Assembly: GCF_964188315.1 (NCBI RefSeq)
Contig: NC_135668.1
Span: forward strand, 9,300,001 to 9,364,000
Length of the DNA stretch: 64,000 nt
Reading direction: 5' to 3'
DNA from: Podarcis muralis
Taxonomy: Eukaryota
Part shown: positions 23,376-35,797 of the stretch, one piece after another
Numbering within the stretch: position 1 is the first letter of the stretch
Layout: each line of letters opens with the position of its first letter
Made by a program: the position numbers and the translations under genes
The notes under the pieces: model-generated
Told to the model about the DNA's origin: nothing
What the model saw: only the letters and a program-made list of their open reading frames with translations
Databases searched by the model: none

Positions 23376-24084
23376 ACATACAGCACACTGCAGAAATACA
23401 ATCTGCAGGTTACCAGCACAGGGACAAAAGTGGATTCAATGCACAATGACTTACTACTCTACTTTACTACAGAAAATGCCAATTCAGGACCAAACACAGG
23501 CTAAGCAATCTCTGAAATGGCAGGTGTGTATAGGAGAAGGAGAGTGATGGGACGGCAGGACCTCTCCATGTAATCTGCTGAACGATCAGGAATTTTTGGC
23601 TGCTCTCTTTTAAATCTTTCCATTCAATCTTTCCAGTCCATTCCAATAACTCCATAACTAGGATAATATCCAGCTCATTAAAGACAACTTTAGAAAAATA
23701 CATACCTGATGAATGTACATATCAGGCTTGAACATTGAAGCATGGTACTCGAGAATGGACAAAAGCTGACATGCCACATTTGTGCAACTAAAGGGAATTC
23801 TAACCCCCATATTTTCTAGAATGTGTGGCAGTGTTAGAAACTCAGAAATATAAACTGGGCACCAAAAGGATGTCTAGTTGTCATTTGGGGGCAAGATGGA
23901 CTGACTGTGGTTGAATTATCTTTTCAACATGGGAACATTGCCTTGCAAATCAGCCAACGGAGGATGCAAACCATGTCAACTCAGAAGTAATTCCCATTGA
24001 ATTCAGAGGGGCTTACTCTTAGGAAGACGGGTTGAGGATTACAGGTAAAAGTGCCACTCTCCTTAAAGCCTCTTCACTCCTGCA

Positions 24085-24330
24085 GGAGAAGAGAGGAACC
24101 AGGCAGAGGGCCTTCTCGGTAGTGGCACCCGCCTTGTGCAACGCCTTCCCTTCAGATATCAAGGAAATAAACAGCTATCTGACTTTTAAAAGACATCAGA
24201 AGGCAGCCCTGGATCGGGAATGTTTTAATGTCTAATGTTTTACCATTTTTTTAATGTGCTGTAAGCCGTCCAGAGTGGCTGGGGAAACCCAGCCAGATGG
24301 GTGGCATATAAATAATGAAATTGTTATTAA
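24085..24330 (+). mobile_element. L2 LINE 3' end, same subfamily as the 14218 copy
   Basis: GTRQRAFSVVAPALCNAFPSDIKEINSYLTFKRH plus 3' tail. Confidence 0.85.
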
Positions 24331-24738
24331 GTGACAATATAGCCCTCCCAGTCTTTATTACGCCTTTCAGCAGCCACGCCATGTGCACACGGCGAGGAAT
24401 ACATGTGTATGTATATATGCATGTCAGGGCGTGTTTGATCCGAGGATGGAACAAATCCCCAGGTAACCATTATCTTGGCCCGATCCCTCCCTCTCTCAGT
24501 CTGGCCCACCTCACAGGGCTGTTGTTCGTGAAACCCAGGCTGCGATCCTAACCGCGCTGCTCTGGGAATCAGTCCCACTGAATTCAAGACGTTGTTAGGA
24601 TTGCAGCCTAAAACGGGGGGTGGGGTGGCGAGGAGAGAACGGGGTACGATGCCCTCAGCCTCCTGGAGGAAATGCAACTAACATTAAAAAGCATATAAAT
24701 AAGCAGCGACTCTCGACCTTCCCTTCCCCCAAACTCAC

Positions 24739-24870
24739 CTGAGGGAACGAGCCGTCGTCGGAACCTTTCAGCGAGGGACGCAGGAGACGGACACTAATGG
24801 AAAAGGACCTTCCGCTTCCTAGACGGCTGATTTTTGAGCGGTACTCGGAAAACCACTTCCGCTTCCTTCC
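24739..24870 (-). other. PPCDC: Probable non-coding exon 1 of PPCDC (5' end approximate)
   Basis: Strong donor CAG|GTGAGT (forward actcacctg; intron starts at 24738) inside a CpG-rich patch upstream of the first coding exon. TSS not determinable. Confidence 0.7.
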
Positions 24871-24970
24871 ATAGACTTACTGGACAGAATGACGAACTGT
24901 GCGGCTCAACTTCCGGTTCCTTTCTAGAACGAATGTAACCATAGACTTAAAAGTAGAGTGGCGCGCAAGC
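24800..24970 (-). promoter_or_regulatory. PPCDC: TATA-less housekeeping promoter with tandem ETS/GABP motifs
   Basis: CTTCCGCTTCC at 24809-24819 and 24856-24866, ACTTCCGGTTCC at 24909-24920 (GGAAGCGGAAG or CCGGAAGT on minus), GCGCGC near 24960, CpG retained. Confidence 0.7.
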
Positions 24971-25939
24971 GTCAACTTTTAGTCCTCCATTTCCCCCCCC
25001 CCTCCCCCAGGATAGAGGAAGCCGGAGATCCTCATGGCATTTAATGGATGATTCCAGGATTTAGGAGATTTTTTTAAAAAAGGAAAGAAACAAATGAGCC
25101 AGGTGTTGTATCTCTTAATCCCAGCATCTCTAAGGGACATAGGAAATCCCACAACTATTTTTAGTTAGTTACTGATTTTTTTACTCGCAAATTTGCAAAT
25201 TTAACAAAGAAACAGAAATTAAATAAAAAATACTATTAAAAAACTGGTAATAATAACAAAAACATAGCAATCACAAGCTGAATGCAATAATCATCAGTAC
25301 ATACGTCTTAAGTTACTATAAGCCCTCCAAATGCCTATTAATTCTGTTCCTGCTCACAATCCATTTTAAGACTGAGACCAATGCAGACTTTATGGCTTTA
25401 ACACCAAACCGGCTCCCCCCCCCCCCGCGCCCCGCCCTCACCACCTTGCTTAACACCAGGCTTTGATGAAGGGCTTCTGTAGAACTCAGACATTTGTTCA
25501 CTATTTTGTGACATTTTAATTAGCCCAATAAAGGTACTGAGCTACTATGGACTTTGGAATTCTGCAAGGGGCCACATTCCCTGAATAGCCAAGCTTCTTT
25601 GGGCCTCAGTGAGCAGGGCCAATAGAAAAAAGAATGGGCAGAGCAGCAGACATGACTTACATTTGGGCAGTAGGCTACATTTCAGTCACACACAAGTTAG
25701 AGGTTGAACACACAGACGCTCCAACAATTTCTCCATTCTCCATCAAGGCAAGCTTTTTTCAGGGGGAACTCATCAGAACTCAGTACCAGCATCTCTCAGT
25801 TGAGTTTTGGCACATCTGATGGGTGCCATTGCCATTCTAAGAGAAGGAGGGAGGTGTTCATGACAAGTTCCGGCACCATTTTTTCTAGAAAAATAGCACT
25901 ACTGAGAACAGAGCATTTTAGTGCTAGTTATCTGAACAA

Positions 25940-26280
25940 ACTCTTTCATTCCCTGAAGCCTTTATTGAGCTGCATTTCCAAGTGATGTCCACTGCAGTCT
26001 TGGATGGCTGCTACAACAAGGTCCTGTATGCAGGCAGACTTTGTATTTGTGGTTAACCTTGGGTGGAATACATCATTATCTGTTAACCTGCCCCTTATAT
26101 AGAGACCCCAAAGATCGCTTTTTGAAACCTTTGTTCACACAAGCAGGCAGGTACACCTTGGCAGAAATGGTTCAGGGTTTTTTGAGTGACAATAATAGCT
26201 TTGTAACACACAGTGACTCTATGCGAAAACCGCAAAAAAAAACTTGGAGGTTTAATCTGAAATCAAGCTAGATTTTGGCA
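25940..26280 (+). mobile_element. Degenerate non-LTR retrotransposon C-terminus (RTE-X-like; clade uncertain)
   Basis: Translates AFIELHFQ...LDGCYNKV...RLCICG...HYLLTCPLY.D, a decayed CCHC knuckle of LINE ORF2. Confidence 0.55.
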
Positions 26281-28281
26281 AATTGGTTTCTCTGTGTCTT
26301 CACTCTCTTACATAATGGATGCTGGCTTATGTTATGGGTATATGTTCTGTATTGTTTTTATTGGTACTATTGCTACAAGTATGTCATGGCCTTTGGCTAG
26401 AACAATAAACGTGTGAACTGATCTAATACTCGGTGATGATTAGTTTATGAAACTGTGTTAGCTAAGTAACTAAAAGGCATGGAGTATTTTAAAAGTATTT
26501 ACAAAGATGCAAAGGATTACCTGTTTAGATGGTCTAAATTAAGGTGTTTCAATATTGCCTGGGTATTTTGTTTTAAGAATGGATACTGAGGGCATACTAC
26601 TCTTATGTAATTTGTGTACATGCTGTTCCTGACGTTGCCTGTTTTTAAGTGCTTAATAAACACATAAACCTAATGTGTCTAATTCCCCCATTTTTCAAAC
26701 TGCACATTATCAGCTTTCCAACTGCACACTATAAAAAACCTCCTCCCCCAGCCCTGCAACCATACACTTGCTGACTACTCACCCAATTAGCAACCCATGC
26801 AAGAATCTATATCCACCCACTTTCTTGCCTGTCTGTCACAGCTATCTGGCAGTCTCTCCCTCTCTCTCATATCAGCTTCTCAAACATTTTTGTATTCCTC
26901 TTCACCATCTCTGCATCTGACTCCTCTTTTCTCTTGCCATTTTCTTTCCGATGAATTCTTCTCCAACAATGCACACATTTTTTAATTTTTTTGTGGTGAT
27001 GCACCATCACAATACAAAACCAAACCAAAAGCACAACATTTGATATAATTTGTTTTATTAATTAGTCTCCAGGTTGACACCATTTCATCAGGGACAGACA
27101 TGGAATGACTGAATAATCACAAGTGGTCCCCATATTTAAAAACCCCACCCCTTGCTTTTCCCATTTGTTCTCTATATAACATTTGTTTAAAAACTCTGTT
27201 GTGAATTAGATACATTGAGATGATTACTTATGGCACCACAGCTATTTGAGGAGTCTCTGAAAAGAAATGCAGAACAGGATCGCCAGTGTCTCTCTCTTCT
27301 TTACCAAACAGGAGCTCAGCGGAGGAGAAACCTCTGCCCTGCCTAAGCAAGGGAAACTCACAAGAATTCAATGCACAATGATTAGAAGCCATTATATTCC
27401 CTTTTTGAAAAATAAATTATTACAAATGCATTCAGCCCACAATTGTTCCCTATCAGATTGAATTTTTTTTCCATGAGTAACTCAGTCCAGCCATCAGCAT
27501 CCAGCAAATGAAAACCCTTCTAAGACGTTACTGTCTCAAGTGGCAGCCCATAAGCAACACCCGCTACTTCCAGGCTAAGATTCAAGGCCTATTGGTGCTA
27601 CCATTTCAGCACACAGTGGACGCTGGAAATGCAGCTGCAAGATGGCCTTGGGGGACAAGAAGCCAGAACCCAACTAAGGAGGAAAAAGCAATGGGAAGCT
27701 AAACGTCAGGACAGATGGACAGAAGCTGGTGCTGGTAACAGTGAGGTTTGGTGCATGAGGTTTGTGAATAGAGAAGTCATCTATGACAGCAAGCAATGGA
27801 ACAATATGTAATTGCAGGTGATGGGACACCACAAGCAGAAGAGCCCTGCTGGATGAGACCAAAGGCCAGCACCCTGTTCTCACAGTGACAAAGCCAGATG
27901 CATATGAAAACCCCACTAGCAAGACATGAATACAACAGAACTCGCTCACTCTTGTTCCCCGGCAACTGTTATTCACAGTTACATTGTCTGTGACACTAGG
28001 GGTATCCTTTCTGGTTCAGCTCCACGCACCTCTTCTCCAAACCATCTCAAGGAGGCATTCCCTAATCCCTGCAAACAGCAAGCTGGCTGGCACAGAGCCC
28101 ACAGTCATTCCCCACTTGCATGGTCTCCGTTTGGGAGAGCCACAGAGAATGAACAAATTCTCTAGCCTAGAATCCCTGAGATGCAGTTCGGGCATATGAT
28201 TTATCTGTACTAAAAACGTGCCTGCCATTTTTGGCTTACAACAAAACCTGTGAACAAGGAAGGATAGATGCTAATAGATGC

Positions 28282-28283
<2 letters not shown>

Positions 28284-28315
<32 letters not shown>
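28284..28315. repeat. (AC)n microsatellite
   Basis: Seen directly. Confidence 0.95.
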
Positions 28316-28318
<3 letters not shown>

Positions 28319-28590
28319 AGAGCTGATATCATTTGGGTCCTGTTATCACCAAGCTGGTCAACCTGGGATGGGACTGTATTACTTCCAACTGCGGGTGGGA
28401 TTTCACATGATGGAAAGCCCGTCCATTCAAAAACAACAACATCCCTACATGAAGAAAACTAGCACATCAGGGAGATAAATTCTAGCTTAGCCTTCTCACT
28501 GCTTGCTTTCCATGTACATTGGTTTTTTTTCTTCTTTTTTTAAAGGAGGAACATGAAGTACTGTCGGGGAAAAATAAAAAATTGTCCAGT

Positions 28591-28845
28591 AGAAGAAGAA
28601 GAGTTTGGATTTGATATCCCGCTTTATCACTACCCAAAGGTGTCTCAAAGCGGCTAACATTCTCCTTTCCTTTCCCTTCCTCCCCCACAACAAACACTCT
28701 GTGAGGTGAGTGGGGCTGAGAGACTTCAAAGAAGTGTGACTGGCCCAAGGTCAACCAGCAGCTGCATGTGGAGGAGCGGGGAAGCGAACCCGGTTCACCA
28801 GATTACGAGACTATGGCTCTTAACTACTACACCACACTGGCTCTC
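28591..28845 (-). mobile_element. tRNA/CORE SINE (Squam3-like, long form)
   Basis: Minus strand gagagccagtgtggtgtagtagttaagagc..., A/B boxes, MIR-like core ggccagtcac, (tct)n tail. Confidence 0.85.
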
Positions 28846-28847
28846 AC

Positions 28848-28888
28848 AATTTAATTTAATTTAATTTAATTTAATTTAATTTAATTTA
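28848..28888. repeat. (AATTT)n pentanucleotide repeat
   Basis: Seen directly. Confidence 0.95.
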
Positions 28889-28999
28889 TTAAAATTAGCA
28901 TATTTAGTTTATTTTTTCCGACTGCATCAGACCAACATGGCTACCTACCAGAATCTGTTCTAGGCACTGCAGAGGATACTGATAAACAGAGCATGTCCA

Positions 29000-29474
29000 G
29001 AGGTGGGCAAGAAAGATGGCTAGAGGCCTGGAGACCAAGTCCTTCAAGGAAAGTTCGAAGGAGTTGGGCATCTCTAGCTGGAGAAGAGAAAATTAAGATA
29101 GCCATCTTCAAATACTGTACTGGTTTAGAGTACTGGGCTGGGGCCTGGGAGACCAGGGTTCAAATTCCCTACTCAGCCATGAAGTTCACTGAGTGACCTC
29201 GGGCCAGTCACAATCTCTCAACCTATCCTACCTCACAGGGTTGTTGTGAGGATTAAAATGGAGAGAAGGAGAACTGTGTGTGCCACCTTGCGCTCCAGAG
29301 ACGAAGTGAGAGATAGTCATGTAAAATAATAGAATCACAGAATTGTAAAGTTGGAAGGGGCCACAAGGGTCTTCTAATCCCACGCCCTGCAATACAGGGA
29401 TATTTTGCCCAATGTGGGGCTCAAATCCACGACCCTGAGTGTAAGAGTCTCATGCTCCAGCAGCTGAGCTATCC

Positions 29475-29516
<42 letters not shown>

Positions 29517-29585
29517 GTAGAGGGCTGAACTAGTTGATTTTGACGTTCCTTACAACTCCTTATGATTCTACCATTCAAGATTCAA
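29000..29585. mobile_element. Nested TE cluster: CR1 (plus) interrupted by a Squam3/MIR-like SINE (about 29120-29310), an antisense CR1 3' end (about 29325-29475) and (AAT)n
   Basis: 29000-29120 resembles CR1 ORF2 (GLETK...LKELG.SL...AIFKY); 29516-29585 is a CR1 3' end ending attcta; SINE core gggttgttgtgagg. Confidence 0.65.
29475..29515. repeat. (AAT)n microsatellite
   Basis: Seen directly. Confidence 0.95.
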
Positions 29586-31011
29586 GCTTATGAGCCCTTA
29601 CGTAGTAATACTTCCCCAACACAAATTCACCACTGCAGAGAGAATTGCTCATCATGTATACCTGAAGGGCATTTTCCCTCTTGGGGATCAAGAGCTACAG
29701 ATCATCTTCAAACCACATTGTCCCCCCCATTCCCTTCACAGACTCGACCAACTTCTCTAATCCCAGAGCTGCAAGGATCATTACAGGGCACTGCCAGGCA
29801 CACTCAATGGGAAGCAAGTTCCCCCCTTCTTGTTGCTGCATTTGGAAGCAGAGCTCCCTGAATTTCTCAAGTCTGACTCCTCCGACTGATGAGCGAGATG
29901 AACAGAGGCCAAGATGTTCCAACTGATTCCATCTGCTCAGAATGACAAAGCTGGCTTCCCATCTTTGGGAACAGGCCGGCCTTTGCAGTTTTTAACGAGA
30001 GAAACAGGCATGCACTGAGGAGGTGGGTGGACTTCTACAGGGATGCTTAAAAATAGCAGAGTTTAAAAACCCTTGCTGCTTCCCCCACCACACCCCACCA
30101 ACACATACATTAACCCATTTCACAGAACTAACACAGGAGCAGGAAATATGCTCTTGTGAAGCAGAAGGAGGAAATTGCAGGTGATGGAGGTGAGGGGAGA
30201 AAAGGGAGGTAAAAAGCTTCAAGAAGGGAGGAAAAGCACACCACCACTCTGAACGAGTTTTGAAAGCATTCTTCTTTGGTGGTCTCTAATCCTACGGGAT
30301 TAACCCACTTTTATTAGCTCTAACACAACAGAGGAAGAAGTTACTGCAGGTAGCCAAAGAGAATGGCTGCTCATACAATAACTCCATTCTGGAGGACCCA
30401 CCAAAATTAAGGTGAAAAAAATGTACTCTTACCAAAAGTCTAAATTAAGTTCTGAAGGCAGACAAGACTCTTTTAAGTGTCTCTGATTCAGTGGAACTGC
30501 CAATCTTTAATAAACCCTGAATGCACACACACACACTTGTGAGGCGAACAGTAATGATTTAGCGACAGAGAACATAGCAAGGTAAGATGCAGGGGCAGAG
30601 GAAGGCATCAACATACTTCACAGCCACTTGAACACCAGGGAATATCACATTCTCTTATTCAAAGCACACAATCCCATAAAGCAAACAAACAATAGCCCTG
30701 TTCAAGCACCATGGGTACCAACCCACTTAATGAATAAGGGGGTGAATATGGTGAACCCATCTCCCAAAAACTCCATCCTTATCCACTCAGTCCCTACATT
30801 CTTCCTGTGTTGACCTGGGAAGATCAGGAGGAGCCAAATGCAAGTAGAAGTCACCCACCAGACCTTTCCAGCTCAACATGCAAAGGTTGGGAATCGTGGG
30901 GAGGAGGGGCAGGGTCCATGGGGGGCATCGGGAGCAGGGCCTGCACACATGACCCTCTGCCTCCTACCTGGGTTATATTTCCTGTTCAGGTGTAGCACTG
31001 TATTTCACCAT

Positions 31012-31210
31012 GGGAAGGACCATGAGTGTGGCAGAACACCTCCTTTGCATGCAGAAGGTCCCAGGCTGAACCCCCAGCATCTCCCAGTAGGGCTGGGAGA
31101 GACCACTAGCTAATACCTTGGAGAGTGGGAGTGGCTGCCAGTCAGTGTGGGCTATACTGAGCCAGTTAAACCAATGGCCTGATTTGGTATGATCCACCTT
31201 CCTATGTTCT
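31012..31210 (+). mobile_element. tRNA-derived SINE (Squam2-like); further copies at about 13495-13950, 19715-19830, 32260-32520, 48680-48830, 49255-49420 and 51255-51400
   Basis: tRNA-like head tttgcatgcagaaggtcccagg plus body ggagagt..gctgccagtcagtgt...ccaatgg..tgat..gtat...cttcctatgttc shared by the copies. Confidence 0.7.
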
Positions 31211-31772
31211 GATGTTGGATATGATGGGGAAGAGGGTGTGTTGGCCAAGGAAACCAGAATGACTTGTCGTATTATTGGTTATTTTATTTTTATTAATTAA
31301 ATTTATATGCTGCCCTTCCTCCACAGATCTCAGGGTGAGTTAAAATACAAGATAAAATACAAGATCCATACTCAGATCAAGAAAAAGCATTGGAGGTTTA
31401 AGTGAAGGTCTGCTCAGGATGCAGTAGAGGTTTCCATGTTCCGAAAAGTGTTTGTCCATGTGTGATGGCTCTTCACACAAGACAGCCTGTTATAGACAAG
31501 CTTCACATTAATTCCTATACAGAAGCACCTTCTGTGCCTGCATGTTTTTTTAAAAAGCAAAAATCCATAAAGCAGCCTTGCGGCTCTGTGGAAACACTGA
31601 TACAAATCAATGAAAATACAATTACTAGATGCTGGGCCTTCTGGCACCACCAGACAATTCAGAAACATTAGGAATTGTACTACAATGTTTCGGCCAAGGA
31701 AAGAAAAAACTCCATTCTTAATATTTAGTTGAGAATTGCTGTTTATCAGTGAGCCAATGGAATTTGGAACAT

Positions 31773-32160
31773 TGTTCATAGAATTGTAGAGTCTGAAAGG
31801 ACCCCAAGAGCCCTCTAGTCTAACCCCCTGCAATGTAGGAATCTCAGCTAAAGCGTCCATGACTGATGGCCATCCAACCTCTGCCTAAAAACCTCCAAGG
31901 AAGGAGAGTCCACAACCTCCTGCAGGAGACCTGTCACACAGCTCTTACTGTCAGAAAGTTGTTCTTGATATGTAGTCGGAATTTCCTTTCTTGTAGCTTG
32001 AATCCAATTGTTTAAGTCCTACCCACCAGAGCAGGAGAAAACAAGCTTGCTCCATCTTCCATGCGATAGCTCTTCAGATATTTGAATATGGCTCTCAGTC
32101 TCCTCTTTTCCAGGCTAAATATACCTGGCTCCTTCAACCTTTCAATACAAGGCCTGGTGT
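31773..32160 (-). mobile_element. CR1 LINE 3' fragment
   Basis: Forward tcatagaattgtagagtctgaaaggaccc... is the reverse of the CR1 3' end (ttctatga tail). Confidence 0.8.
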
Positions 32161-33088
32161 TTTTCCTTCTTTGCATGTAGGAACAATAATAAGTGATAGT
32201 AATAATAATCAGGAATCAGCTTCACTCCTTCCTTCTCTCATGAGAAGATGCCAAGGAACCATCGGAAGCTGCCATATACTATATGGAGTCAGACTATTGG
32301 CCCATTCACTGTCTACAGTACAGTGAACTGCCGTAAAATCTGCATATGAAGTGCAGTATACAAATTTAATAAATAATAACAACAATAACACACCAACGGG
32401 CAGCAGCTCGCCAAGATTTCAGGCAATAGACATTTCCAGCCCTACTGGAAGATGCTAGGGATTGAACCGGGGACCTTCTGCACACAAAGCTTTACCACTG
32501 ATCTACAGCCCTGCCATTTGATTAACTGGGGCCACTGTGACTTGTCCAAATGACTGCCAAACTGCATGGCAGCTACATGGACTGTGATCAAGGCAGCCTC
32601 CCTAAATCAGAACGAACCAAACCTGTGGCGTTTCGGATGGTGTTGGGACTCCCATCAGGCCCAGCCAGCATGGCCAATGTAAATGATGATGAGTTGGAGT
32701 CTAGCAACATCTGGCAGGTCACCATTCCCCCAGCCCAGCTCCAATGTCACATGAAGCTCTATAGCCAATTTTGGGCCATATTCTCTGCTGCAAAGCAGGG
32801 AAATGTTGATGGTAGGCTATGTATTGTGAGAAGAACTGCTTCTCACCCCTTTAGAGGTGAACTGGGAATGTAAAATTATGAGGTCATGGAACCAATTGCC
32901 TGGTTTGGGGGAGGCCCTTGCTGACCAGAGGTCTTCGAGCACAAGTTGAACAACCATCAGTTGGTGATGCTCTACATCTGGGTTTCTGGCATCAAGCAGG
33001 GGCTTGAACTATATGGTCCACACAACAGGGGTGGAGAACCTCAGGCCTTTTGGCCCTTCCCCCAGGCAACACGCCTCACTTGACCCTG

Positions 33089-33090
<2 letters not shown>

Positions 33091-33126
<36 letters not shown>
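33091..33126. repeat. (AC)n microsatellite
   Basis: Seen directly. Confidence 0.95.
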
Positions 33127-33129
<3 letters not shown>

Positions 33130-34358
33130 ATTCATGATTTTGACTGGCTGGAATGTGTCTTGAACTCTGATTGAACTCTTGCTTGTCTAGATGGAAGGCA
33201 GAGAGAAACTAGCCTGCTGTACAAAAGTAACACAGGAGTTCATAGCTCCACTTGATTTTGCCTCTGGCCCTGCACACCACCAGCACATGGCCCTCAAAAG
33301 CTTGTCCAGAAGGGAACAAGATCCTCTCCATGATTCTAGGTATGGGGCTTCTGGGGTTGGGGGCATGTTTGGAATGTGGTTCACACTGAACACAGAGGTC
33401 TGCTCCAGTTCAAACAGGGCAGCTCCACAGCACTGCTCACAACTTTGTTTTTTAAGCCACGCACTAGCACTGCCTTCCTATCGATACATCGGAAGAGTAA
33501 ATGGACTTGTTTATAATACCGCACATTAAGGTAAGTGGTAACCTCTGGTGGATCAGCATGGAATGAAAAGGTTGAGCTCTGGTTTTGAGAGTGGAGAGAG
33601 TGTGAAAAAGAGCAGGGTTTAAACGCTAATAAGCCAGCAATGCCCTACGTCAGAAACATGCAGCCCCCCCAGGTGTTGGATTACTACGCCCATCATCTCT
33701 GACCATGCTGGCCGGGGCTGATGGGAGTTGGAGACCATAACGCTCAAAGGGTCACAGGCTCCCTAACCCTGTTCTATACAGTATAAGTTGCAAATAGCTG
33801 AGACAGAATGAACCCGACAAAGTTCTTGCAACAGGCAGCTATTGTGAACTGGGTTATTCATGAAACCCCCGGAGTGTCCCTTTAGTAGCTCTTGAATGTT
33901 TGGGCTCTCCACGCTCACCCCGGCTGATGCAGCTATAATATCATCTACCACCACAGTAAAATTTAAAAACCACCACTGTACATAGTTTCACAAAAGGGGG
34001 AGGGAGACCAGCACACACATGTACAGTCACTACAGCACGGCACAATAGTCCTGCATGTCAACGCAACAGCTTCTTCAGATTGGGGGGAGTGGGAGAGAGA
34101 GAACAAATTATCTCCAAGGACAATTATCCTAGAACAAAGTCAAAGGGTGGAGGAAGAATAACAATTTTGACATGCCTCCATCCCATCAAGGAGGCTATTA
34201 TACAGCCCGCCCTGCGCCAACCCTTCTATACAGTGGAATTTACATACACAGAGAAACACACACGCTCTCCTCCAGTTCTTCCTGCCCACTTCAAGTCACA
34301 ACCCTCTCAGGTTCACATCTCACTTGGGAAGTTCTAGTTGGGTGGGGAAGGTCACACC

Positions 34359-34553
34359 TCACATGTCATTGGGGTAGTTATAGTTAGGAGTGGCCGAATA
34401 CTGCGTCTCGTGTGGCATCATGGCTCCCTGGGCAGCACCGACCGCCACGTTCTGAGCTGCCTGCTGCACGTGGGGGTTCTTCCAGGCTCCCGTCGTCCAC
34501 TCCTCTTGCGCTTTGCTGATACTCCCACCGCTTCCCCGGTAAAATTTATGGAC
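34359..34553 (-). CDS. SCAMP5: Secretory carrier membrane protein 5, last coding exon (195 nt)
   Basis: ttccag|GTCCAT. Encodes [64 protein letters not shown], matching the recalled SCAMP5 C-terminus. Confidence 0.97.
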   Translation of the reverse strand, partial: VHKFYRGSGGSISKAQEEWTTGAWKNPHVQQAAQNVAVGAAQGAMMPHETQYSATPNYNYPNDM

Positions 34554-35679
34554 CTGGAAAGAGGGAAAGTAAAACAGGAACTGTCATTGGTTGAGGAGGG
34601 AGAGAGGAAAAGCCGGATGGATTACAAAGAGCCCCCAAAGATCTTGGAAAGCAGCTCCTCCTCAGCGGGGGAGAGTAACCATGCCTCCAGTGGAGAGGAG
34701 CTGTAGGGTTCAGAGGAAGCAAGGCATTGCCAGGACACCTTGCTTGGGCAAAGCGGGGAGGGGAGAGGTCCATTGTTACCCACGCCCTCCTTGCGCCGTA
34801 AGGTTTCGCGCAGAGAGGGGAGGCGCAGACTGGGCGTCAAGAAATTACTTTGCTGGGGAAAGTTTAAGCCCCGCCCACTCACAGATTCTGCAAGTGAATG
34901 AGTCAGCCACGGGAGAGTGGCACTCCGGACAGATAAAGTTTATTTTGCATCAAAAGCAAGGCCGAGCAGGGAGGTACTTGCCTGCTTGCTCTCGAGCAAC
35001 CCCTTGGAAACCTAACAGGGTCGTTCATCACCTTTTTCAGTTTAGCCTTGGAAGGACAAACAAAGGAGCCAAGCTCACGGTTGTTTCTTGGGGAAATCAT
35101 GTAGCCATCTAACATCAAAAGAGCTCTGCTGGATCAGGCCAAGGGCCCATCTAGTCAGCATCCTGCTTTCACCAGACCCCCATGGGAAGCCTGCAAGCAG
35201 GACCTGAGTGCAACAGCACTCTCCCCATTTCTGAATCCAAGTAACTAGTATTCTGAGTACCCATTGATAAGCCTTTATTCTCCATGAAACTGTATAATAC
35301 TCTTTTAATTCAAGTTGGTGATCATCCATAGTTTAACTGTGCACCATGTGAAAAAGTTCTTTCTTTTATCTGACCTGAATCTTGCTGGTGGCTGCCCAAG
35401 ATTCTCCAAGTACATGGACAGATACTTCTGAGGCACACATTAAATATATAGGTGTGAGGTGCACACAGAAAAAAATGTAAGAAGCAACTTCTTGGTGACT
35501 GATATATACCAATCAAAATCCATGCACACTGCATGTCACTTGTGTGAACGCAGTCATGTCAACTCTGGCCCTTGGAAACAGAAGGATCAGCCAGGAGGAG
35601 TCTCCTGGGCATTCTCAGCCAATAGAGTGTGAGATATATCTATGTAGCATCCCCATGCAAAACCTTTCCCATGTCTTAC

Positions 35680-35797
35680 CATACTGAGGGCAATGAAGGA
35701 GAAGACAGACATGGCTGTGAACATGATGGTGGGGATGAGCATCACGACAGCCGACCCCACGTTTGTCCCAAAGAAAGATATTGCTGCAATCCAGCCG
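35680..35797 (-). CDS. SCAMP5: SCAMP5 exon 6 (118 nt)
   Basis: ctgcag|CGGCTGG...AGTATG|gtaaga. Encodes (C)[39 protein letters not shown] (TM4). Confidence 0.97.

Noticed and set aside
29886-29910. CTGATGA as a hammerhead ribozyme core
   Set aside because: No stem II followed by GAAA, and no closing stems.
31012-31090. tRNA genes
   Set aside because: The tRNA-like A/B boxes all belong to SINE heads; no complete cloverleaf seen.
34338-35112. Plus-strand ORFs of 122 and 173 aa
   Set aside because: Antisense shadows of the SCAMP5 last exon and its GC-rich intron.
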